A stretch of DNA of 64,000 nucleotides. Source: Pseudomonadota bacterium (GTDB lineage Bacteria; Pseudomonadota; Alphaproteobacteria; Rhizobiales; Phreatobacteraceae). The stretch's first letter is position 1, and each line of letters starts with the position of its first letter. The stretch is from positions 4,573 to 68,572 of the forward strand of contig JAEZGJ010000065.1 of the NCBI GenBank assembly GCA_023416965.1, given 5' to 3'. A model generated the notes under the pieces. That model did not search any database. It was given only the letters and a program-made list of their open reading frames with translations, and was not told the origin of the DNA. A program made the translations under genes and the position numbers. Positions 57,479 to 64,000 of this stretch are shown here, piece after piece.

Positions 57479-58879
57479 TCAACCGGCGGTGCGAATGACT
57501 TTGCGGAGCACTGAGAAGATGCGGGACTCAGAGCATTGAGCCACATTGAACCGAAGGTAGCTCCGGGCGGTCTGTGACAGGCTGAAGGCGTTGCCGGGCG
57601 CGAGGACGACGTGGTCGGCGAGGGCGCGGCGGGCGATCTCGGCCCCGTCGATGTCGCGCGGCAGGCGGCACCACAGGAACATGCCCGCCGCGGGCTGGAT
57701 CCACGGGATCAGCTCGAGGTCGCGCAACCTGTCGGCGGTCTCCGCGCGAGCGCGGGCCAGGCGAGTGCGCATAGCGGCGAGATGGCGCCTGTAGCCTCCG
57801 TCGGCCATCACGGCGAGGACCAACTCAGCGGCCAGTCCGGCACCGCCGAAGCTGGTGGCGATCTTCAGGTCTGTGAGGCCCCGGGTCCATGACGGCCGGG
57901 TCGCGAGGAAACCGCAGCGCAGGCCGGCGGACAGGGTCTTCGAGAAGCTGCCGCAATAGATGACGCGCTGGAGCCCGTCGAAGGCGGCGAGCCGCGGCGT
58001 CGGCTCCGTCTCGAAATCCGCGAAGATGTCGTCCTCGACGATGGTCAGGTCGGCGCGCTCCGCCAGCCTGAGGAGGCGGTGGGCGACGATGGGGGAGAGG
58101 GTGGCCCCGGTCGGATTGTGTACCCCGGCATTGGTGGCATAGAGCCGCGGGCGGTGTTGGGCGAGCGCCTGTTCGAAGGCTTCGAGGTCCGGCCCCTGCG
58201 CGGTGTAAGGTACGGAAACGACGTTTGCGCGGTGGGCCCGCAGAAGAGCGTGGAAATTGAAATAGCAGGGATCGTCGACCAGCACCGTGTCCCCCGGTTC
58301 GAGGAGGAAGCGGCAGGCGAGATCGAGCGCCTGTGTCCCGGATTCGGTGAGGATGACCTGGTCGGCAGAGGCTTCGATCCCCTGCCCCGCCATCCTGCGG
58401 GTGAGAAACTGGCGAAGGGCGGGCAGGCCCTGCGGAGTGCCGTAATCGGTGAGAGCGCTCCCGTCTGCCCGCGCCAGGGTGCGCAGGGCCCGTCGCAGGC
58501 TGTCCTGCGGCATCCACGATGCGGGGAGCCATCCGCATCCGGGCATGAGCAGGTCCGGGTTACGTCCGAGCGACTGGCGTGTGATCCAGAGCGGATCGAT
58601 CTCCTGATCCAGTTTCGGGCCGAGATCGGCAAGCGACAGTGGCGCAAGCGGCGCATCGACATAGAAGCCGGAGCCGCGGCGGGAGGTGATGATCCCCTCA
58701 GCCGTCAGGCGCTCATAGGCTTCGACCACGGTCGACTTCGACACCTTCATCGCAGCGGCGAAAGCGCGGATCGACGGCAGGCGCGCGCCCGGCGTCAGCG
58801 CCCGCTGGGCCACGCGATCCTTGACTTCACGAACCACGCGTTCGGTGAGGGTAACCGCTGGAGCATCGCCCTGGTCCAT
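57479..58879 (-). CDS. MocR-subfamily regulator (GntR wHTH fused to fold-type-I aminotransferase-like domain)
   Basis: ATG 58879-58877. wHTH: LPSIRAFAAAMKVSKSTVVEAYERLTAEGII. PLP-domain motifs: NPTGATL, SFSKTLSAGLRCG. Track ORF 57479..59935 is over-extended. Confidence 0.85.
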   Translation of the reverse strand: MDQGDAPAVTLTERVVREVKDRVAQRALTPGARLPSIRAFAAAMKVSKSTVVEAYERLTAEGIITSRRGSGFYVDAPLAPLSLADLGPKLDQEIDPLWITRQSLGRNPDLLMPGCGWLPASWMPQDSLRRALRTLARADGSALTDYGTPQGLPALRQFLTRRMAGQGIEASADQVILTESGTQALDLACRFLLEPGDTVLVDDPCYFNFHALLRAHRANVVSVPYTAQGPDLEAFEQALAQHRPRLYATNAGVHNPTGATLSPIVAHRLLRLAERADLTIVEDDIFADFETEPTPRLAAFDGLQRVIYCGSFSKTLSAGLRCGFLATRPSWTRGLTDLKIATSFGGAGLAAELVLAVMADGGYRRHLAAMRTRLARARAETADRLRDLELIPWIQPAAGMFLWCRLPRDIDGAEIARRALADHVVLAPGNAFSLSQTARSYLRFNVAQCSESRIFSVLRKVIRTAG

Positions 58880-58984
58880 GTCTGTACTGCTACCGGTACC
58901 TGACAGTTTCGCCAGATTGTACCCAAGCATCCCTTGAGGCACCAGCGCTCCCCTGCCAAGCCTGCTCCCGGTGAGGAGACAGCG

Positions 58985-59848
58985 ATGGACAAGACGACCG
59001 ACGGATGGATCAGTGGCCTCATGGGCGTGATCATTTTCAGCGGTTCGCTGCCGGCGACACGCGTGGCGGTAGCCGCGTTCGATCCCCTGTTCCTCACCGG
59101 AATGCGGGCGACCATCGCCGGCGTGCTGGCCGTGGTGCTCATCGGGCTCTTCCAGGTGGCGCGGCCGCGGCCGGGTGATCTCGTCCCCCTGGCCGTCGTC
59201 TCCCTCGGTGTGGTGATCGGCTTTCCCTTGCTGACGGCCCTCGCCCTGCAGCACATCGGCGCGGCCCACTCCATCGTCTTCATCGGCGTCCTGCCTCTCG
59301 CCACCGCCATCTTCGGCGTCCTCCGTGCAGGAGAGCGGCCGCGGCCTCTCTTCTGGCTGTTCTCCGGCCTCGGCAGCGCGCTGGTGGCGGCCTTCTCCCT
59401 GGCGCGCGGCGGTGGGGCGTCCCCTGTCGGCGACGGACTGATGATCGCCGCCATTCTGGTCTGCGGCCTCGGCTATGCCGAGGGCGCCAAGCTGGCCCGC
59501 CGCCTTGGCGGCTGGCAGGTCATCTCTTGGGCGCTGGCACTCTCGCTGCCGGTCATGGGAGCGCTCGCGGCATGGACGTGGCCGCACTCCTTCACCGCGG
59601 TGCCGCCACCCGCATGGATCAGCCTCGGCTATGTGTCGCTGTTCAGCATGCTCATCGGGTTCGTGTTCTGGTACAGGGGGCTCGCCCTCGGAGGTATCGG
59701 CGCCGTCGGGCAATTGCAGTTGCTGCAGCCATTCTTCGGCCTGATGCTGGCGGCGAGCCTGCTCGGGGAATCCGTCAGCTTGGCGATGGTTGCGGTGACG
59801 GTGGCGGTCGTCGCCTGCGTGGCAGGAGCCAAGCGCCACGCGGGCTGA
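58985..59848 (+). CDS. DMT-superfamily (EamA) transporter
   Basis: ATG 58985. Ten-TM-like product made of two EamA halves. Divergent from the MocR gene, which is a common pairing. Confidence 0.85.
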   Translation: MDKTTDGWISGLMGVIIFSGSLPATRVAVAAFDPLFLTGMRATIAGVLAVVLIGLFQVARPRPGDLVPLAVVSLGVVIGFPLLTALALQHIGAAHSIVFIGVLPLATAIFGVLRAGERPRPLFWLFSGLGSALVAAFSLARGGGASPVGDGLMIAAILVCGLGYAEGAKLARRLGGWQVISWALALSLPVMGALAAWTWPHSFTAVPPPAWISLGYVSLFSMLIGFVFWYRGLALGGIGAVGQLQLLQPFFGLMLAASLLGESVSLAMVAVTVAVVACVAGAKRHAG

Positions 59849-60024
59849 GGAACCTCTCCGGCCATGATCCGCATGGCGGCGCCCGGCCGTTCCGGCGGAC
59901 AGCTCGCCCGACGTGCTGCGAGCCTGGCACCGCACCTCCGTCGGTGGCGGGACTGCACCGAGATCCGCGCGCAGGCCGCGGCGATGTCGTTGCCCAACCG
60001 TGCGGGCCGGCAGCGCCGGGGCCG

Positions 60025-60345
60025 TCAGCGAAGGCAGGCCCCGCCGGTTGCCGGCAGCACGAGCCAGGCGCCAGCCTTGTAGAGGTCCCGGACGAATCCC
60101 GGGCGGTTGGCTCCCTCGGCGATCGCGCCTTGGCCGAGCCCCGAGACCAGATCACCGCCCGCCGCCGTCACCGCCTCCAGCGCACCGGCCTGGCTCGCAC
60201 CGATCACCACCACCCGGCTCGTGGGCTGGACCGTGAGGGTGAGCAGCGCGACGAAGGCGAACCAGCCGGTGAGCGCGACCGCCGCCAGCCCGGCCAATCC
60301 GGCAAACGTCATCGGCTCGGTTCCCCTTCCCCGATCAGTAGTCAT
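60025..60345 (-). CDS. Hypothetical small protein with one N-terminal TM segment
   Basis: By hand count, third-codon positions are overwhelmingly G/C. Contains TM segment FAGLAGLAAVALTGWFAFVALLTL. The alternative start is ATG 60312. It is the last gene of the operon. Confidence 0.45.
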   Translation of the reverse strand: MTTDRGRGTEPMTFAGLAGLAAVALTGWFAFVALLTLTVQPTSRVVVIGASQAGALEAVTAAGGDLVSGLGQGAIAEGANRPGFVRDLYKAGAWLVLPATGGACLR

Positions 60346-61405
60346 AGACGTGCTCCAGAACGACCGGACCCGTCCTGGTCCGCATCAGCAGACCGGGGAG
60401 GTTCCGGACCGCGACGGTCAGCCCGAGCCGCTCGAAGCCCGGCTGGGACTGGATCGGGACGCGCAGGACGAGGTCCGTCTCCGCCGGCGCCGTGCTGCCG
60501 GCAGGGGCAATGACCGTCACGAAGATCTCCCGGTTGCCGGCGATCTCGACCAGGCCGCGCTGGCGCTCGGCAAGGCCCAGCAGAACCTCCGTGAAGGCGC
60601 GGTAGCGCGGGGTCTCGATCACCGAGAGGCCATCGGGACGCCGCTCGACCACGCTGATCCGCGGGTCGGCCACGGCGTCCTGCTCGTCCAGTCCCCGGAC
60701 GACGGTGCGGATCCTCAACCTGGCCGGCGCAAGGCCTGCGGCCAACCCCAAGACCTGCGCATACACCGCCTTGACGCCGTATTCGAGCGACAGGGCGATG
60801 CGCCGCTCGGCGGAGCGCACGAGGCTGACATCCCCGAACGGCGTCTCGCGCCAGAAGCGCAGCAGGGTCGCGCCGAAGGGGAACTCGTACCACGGCGTCT
60901 GGCGCAGGAAGGCTGCATAGGCGTCGTTGACGTCGGCCGCGAAGAGATCCTCGGCGGTCGGCCGGGGGCCACGCCACCAGGCGGCCAGCCGGCCGATCGT
61001 GCTCTCCCAGGCGTCCTTCACCGCCATTTCGGCGGAGAAGCTGAGGCCGATGATGTGCAGCATCACCCGCATGTCCGTGGCGATGTGGCCACGCTCCGAT
61101 GCGACTCCCGACAGACTGCAGAGGCTCGTCCAGTAGCCGGTGACGCTGCCCACATAGTCGAAGGCCGCTTCGCCGCGCGTGCGCCCGACCCGCGCGAAAT
61201 CCTCGTAAGCATGGACGATGGACCATTCGGGATAGGTCAGCCAGGTGTCGACCAGGGCACGTCGCTCCTCCGGCGGCAGGAGCGATGCGGCGACCTCGCC
61301 CGCCAGGCGCGGACGCTGGCATCGCGTCTCGATCCACAGCACGGGAGCCGCGGCCAGCGCGACCACCAGCCCCAGCCCGATCGCCGCCTTGCGAAGCACG
61401 CCCAT
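60335..61405 (-). CDS. Hypothetical 356-aa protein with N-terminal membrane anchor; no family recognised
   Basis: ATG 61405-61403 overlaps the upstream stop (ATGA). Starts MGVLRKAAIGLGLVVALAAAPVLWI, followed by a soluble domain (TWLTYPEWSIVHAYEDF ...). Track ORF 60335..61786 trimmed. Confidence 0.6.
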   Translation of the reverse strand: MGVLRKAAIGLGLVVALAAAPVLWIETRCQRPRLAGEVAASLLPPEERRALVDTWLTYPEWSIVHAYEDFARVGRTRGEAAFDYVGSVTGYWTSLCSLSGVASERGHIATDMRVMLHIIGLSFSAEMAVKDAWESTIGRLAAWWRGPRPTAEDLFAADVNDAYAAFLRQTPWYEFPFGATLLRFWRETPFGDVSLVRSAERRIALSLEYGVKAVYAQVLGLAAGLAPARLRIRTVVRGLDEQDAVADPRISVVERRPDGLSVIETPRYRAFTEVLLGLAERQRGLVEIAGNREIFVTVIAPAGSTAPAETDLVLRVPIQSQPGFERLGLTVAVRNLPGLLMRTRTGPVVLEHVYDY

Positions 61406-61818
61406 CACGCGGCCGGGTGGCGTCGGGCGAGGACGAAGCCGGTGAAGGCGGCGAAGCCCCCGAGGGCGATATGCGGCAGGTTGGCCAGGATCTTGAAGCC
61501 GAGGCCGAGGCTCTGCCAGCCATAGATCAGGATGCCGAGGTCGAGATAGCCGGAACCGGTGACGAGACCCATCAGCCCGTCGAGGAGATAGAGCGTCCCG
61601 AAGACCTTGAAGTAGGTCTCGCTGGCCCGCCGCGACACCCCAGCGGCGATGCCCGCCCAGGCGGCCGAGGCGAAATGCAGGGCATCGTCGTAGATGTCGA
61701 GCGCGAAGATGCCGAAGGCGCGCCCCTGCGCGTCGGTGAGGCCGGGAACGTAGTTGAGCGACGTCACGATGAGGAGAACGACGCAATAGACGGCAGCGAT
61801 CAGTCGGATGGGATCCAT
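61405..61818 (-). CDS. DUF4383-like small integral membrane protein
   Basis: ATG 61818-61816; 137 aa, about 4 TM segments. Contains IFALDIYDDALHFASAAW, which resembles DUF4383. Confidence 0.55.
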   Translation of the reverse strand: MDPIRLIAAVYCVVLLIVTSLNYVPGLTDAQGRAFGIFALDIYDDALHFASAAWAGIAAGVSRRASETYFKVFGTLYLLDGLMGLVTGSGYLDLGILIYGWQSLGLGFKILANLPHIALGGFAAFTGFVLARRHPAA

Positions 61819-61834
61819 GACAAACTTCGCCCCT

Positions 61835-63304
61835 CTAGCCCGCGAGATAACCATCCCAGAGGCCGTTGCGGAACAGCAGGCCGGGGTCGTAGTGGCGCTT
61901 GCGCTCGACGAAGCGATCGACGTCGGGATAGATCGCGCGCAGCTGGTCGGGGCGGGCGTGCAGCCGGTAGGGCAGATAGTAGCTGCCCCCGATCGCGCCC
62001 ACACGGTCGATGAGTTCCTCGGTGAGACGGATCATGTCGGCCTCGCCCTCGCCGGTCATCTCCTGCGAGAACGACATCACGGCGGCGATCCGGTCGGTCC
62101 TGGCGTAGGCGAGGACGCTGTCGTCATCGCGGGCGACGTAGCGAAGCGTCACGTTGAGGAACTCGGACCGCGCCTTCGGGATCACCTCACGACAGGCGAT
62201 GAGGAAGTCGTTGAAGCGCTCGGGCGCCACGAAATATTCGTGGAGGATATCGGTCCGCCGCTGGTCGCGGTTCTCGAGGTTGAGAACGGGTTCGTTCATC
62301 AGCGAGTTGCGGGTGGCGACGCCCGTGCCGGCGCGCGGCCCCGCCACGCTTTCGGCCCACCAGCGGAAACTCTTGCCCGTCTCCGAGCCGACCTGGGCGC
62401 GGTAGACGTGGCGCATCAGGCTGGACATCATCCCGCCCCCGCGATCGGCCGCCGGAATGCCGCCGGCCGGCGTCGGCCTTGGTCGCCAGGTCGCCAGAAG
62501 CGCTTCGCGAAAGAAGCTGCCGCGGGCGACGTTCAGCCGGCCATAGACCATCTTGACGGTCGGATCGGCAGCGAAGGAGCCGACAAAGCGCTCGGCGAAC
62601 CGGTCGGCGGGCAGAACCTCGTAGCGGGGCGCCATGAGCGTATTCTCGACCATGTCGACGTCGAGGTCGATGATGACGCCGAACAGGCCATAGCCTCCCA
62701 TGCACAGCCGGAACAGCTCCGCGTTCTCCGTGCGGGAGCATCGGACGATCTCGCCGTCGGCGAGCATGAGACGAAAGCTGCGCACCGTCGCGCCGAACGG
62801 GCCATAGGGCGCCGGCCACCCATGGGCGTTCACGCAGAACGTGGCCGCGACGCCGAAATCGCTGTTGGACTGCATCACGGCCGGCGAGAAGCCGATCTTG
62901 TCCAGCCCGGCGATGACCTCGTGCCAGCGCATGCCGCCCTGGACGCGGAACACTTTCGCGGTGCGGTCCGGCTCGATGGCGCGGATGTCCATCGTCATGG
63001 CGGCGCCGTTGCGCGGCAGGCTCTGGCCTCCCATGGAGTGGCGGGCGGCGCTGACGGCGACCGGGCGCCTCGTCTCGCGGGCGATCCTCAATTGCTCGCG
63101 GAGCGCCGCCACGACCTTAACCTCGTCCGTTTCTCGGCTGATCCAATGGGAGAAGACGGGGGTGGCGCTCAGCCGGCTCGCGTCGTTCAGCACCAGCCGG
63201 CGGGCCTGTTGGGCCACGGCGCCCCGGGGCAGCGCCGCGGCGAGACCGGTGGCGGCGAGGCCGGCCAGAACGCGACGACGGGACATGCGCTGCCGCTCGG
63301 TCAT
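61835..63304 (-). CDS. Tat-signal FAD-linked (PCMH/VAO-type, cytokinin-dehydrogenase-like) oxidoreductase
   Basis: Twin-arginine signal MSRRRVLAGLAATGLAAALPRGAVA. FAD_binding_4-like region with ARHSMGGQS (position of a covalent-FAD His in CKX/VAO relatives). 489 aa. Confidence 0.8.
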   Translation of the reverse strand: MTERQRMSRRRVLAGLAATGLAAALPRGAVAQQARRLVLNDASRLSATPVFSHWISRETDEVKVVAALREQLRIARETRRPVAVSAARHSMGGQSLPRNGAAMTMDIRAIEPDRTAKVFRVQGGMRWHEVIAGLDKIGFSPAVMQSNSDFGVAATFCVNAHGWPAPYGPFGATVRSFRLMLADGEIVRCSRTENAELFRLCMGGYGLFGVIIDLDVDMVENTLMAPRYEVLPADRFAERFVGSFAADPTVKMVYGRLNVARGSFFREALLATWRPRPTPAGGIPAADRGGGMMSSLMRHVYRAQVGSETGKSFRWWAESVAGPRAGTGVATRNSLMNEPVLNLENRDQRRTDILHEYFVAPERFNDFLIACREVIPKARSEFLNVTLRYVARDDDSVLAYARTDRIAAVMSFSQEMTGEGEADMIRLTEELIDRVGAIGGSYYLPYRLHARPDQLRAIYPDVDRFVERKRHYDPGLLFRNGLWDGYLAG

Positions 63305-63402
63305 GGATCGTGAACCTGCTTGCCATAATCTCCCGCCAGACTGGCCGGGCGCCTGTGTCTAATCGGTAAAGGCGAGTGCGCGGATGTGACGATAGACAGC
63401 CG

Positions 63403-64000
63403 ATGAGACGGACCATCCTGAGACTGACAGCCAACATGGTTGTTGTGCTGTTTGCTCTTTTCGGAATTGTGTCGGCATGGCTCATCGCGACCTATCTGCG
63501 GGAAACAGGCGATGCGGCCCGGGACGCGCCTTCGACCGGAGCCTTCGTCGCGACGGAGCGGGGCCGGATCTTCACCCAGGCCGTCGGGCCGGCAACGGCC
63601 CGGCCCGTCATCTTCGTTCACGGCACGGCGGCGTGGAGTGGGTTCTGGCGCGGGACGATCACCCGCATCGGCGAGGCCGGTTACCAGGCCATCGCCATCG
63701 ACCTGCCGCCCTTCGGCTTCTCCGAGCGCGACCCGGCCGGCCGCTACGGCCGCCAGGACCAGGCGACGCGCCTCATCGCGCTGGTCGAGGCCATGGCACC
63801 GGCGCGGCCCATCATCGTCGGCCATTCCTTCGGTGCCGGCCCCGTGCTTGAGGCGGTCATGATGCGGCCCGACCTGTTCGCGGGCCTCGTCATCGTGGCC
63901 GGCGCCCTCGGCCTCCCGGCGGAGGGCGAGGTGCCGCCACGGCATGACGGGATGGTCACGTCGCTGATCAGCCAGCCCTTCGTCGCAAATCTCGCCATCG
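63403..64000 (+). CDS. Membrane-anchored alpha/beta-fold hydrolase, N-terminal fragment (3' end outside window; not in supplied ORF track)
   Basis: My own translation from ATG 63403: MRRTILRLTANMVVVLFALFGIVSAWLIATYL ... PVIFVHGTAAWSGFW ... IVGHSFGAGP (G-x-S-x-G nucleophile elbow). The frame is open to nt 64000. Confidence 0.75.
   Translation, partial: MRRTILRLTANMVVVLFALFGIVSAWLIATYLRETGDAARDAPSTGAFVATERGRIFTQAVGPATARPVIFVHGTAAWSGFWRGTITRIGEAGYQAIAIDLPPFGFSERDPAGRYGRQDQATRLIALVEAMAPARPIIVGHSFGAGPVLEAVMMRPDLFAGLVIVAGALGLPAEGEVPPRHDGMVTSLISQPFVANLAI

Overview
High-GC (judged by eye, not computed), densely packed chromosomal segment that looks alphaproteobacterial (Rhizobiales/Rhodobacterales-like gene content; this is inference). 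I support about 58 protein-coding genes and found no rRNA, tRNA, CRISPR array, transposase, integrase or phage gene. Many long ORFs in the six-frame track are stop-poor alternative frames typical of GC-rich DNA; where a track ORF runs over a neighbouring gene I trimmed it to an internal start with a Shine-Dalgarno motif or a stop/start overlap. The centrepiece is a minus-strand respiratory nitrate reductase supra-operon (26355 down to 12684): fused narK, narG, narH, narJ, narI, a PpiC-type PPIase, a 101-aa Cys-tailed unknown, moaA, a beta-carbonic anhydrase and nnrS. It is divergent from a Cys-less Crp/Fnr regulator (NarR/Dnr-like) across an AT-rich intergenic region carrying FNR-type boxes. 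The rest of the window is mainly uptake and catabolism loci: (i) amidase, PotD/A/B/C-like ABC importer and a PuuE-like deacetylase; (ii) a MarR-flanked creatininase-family, DppBCDF-like and polysaccharide-deacetylase operon with divergent SBP, ketopantoate-reductase-family and SDR genes; (iii) an orphan family-5 SBP, two tandem amidases, a class-III aminotransferase and a flavin monooxygenase; (iv) a leucine/isovalerate-like acyl-CoA carboxylase locus that has two MaoC hydratases instead of a crotonase and no lyase. Also present are a CHASE3 kinase / CheY / REC-HisKA_2 kinase triad, an ArsR-SRPBCC-GST operon, a UvrD-family helicase preceded by a frameshifted TPR gene, and a MocR-EamA pair. At the 3' end sits a four-gene operon of envelope proteins with no assignable function (Tat-signal CKX-like flavoprotein, DUF4383, a 356-aa unknown and a ~100-aa unknown) next to a membrane-anchored alpha/beta hydrolase. 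I see no recognisable defence or mobile system. The best candidates for something undescribed are that envelope operon and the Cys-tailed small protein translationally coupled to moaA. Both rest on inference from sequence only.
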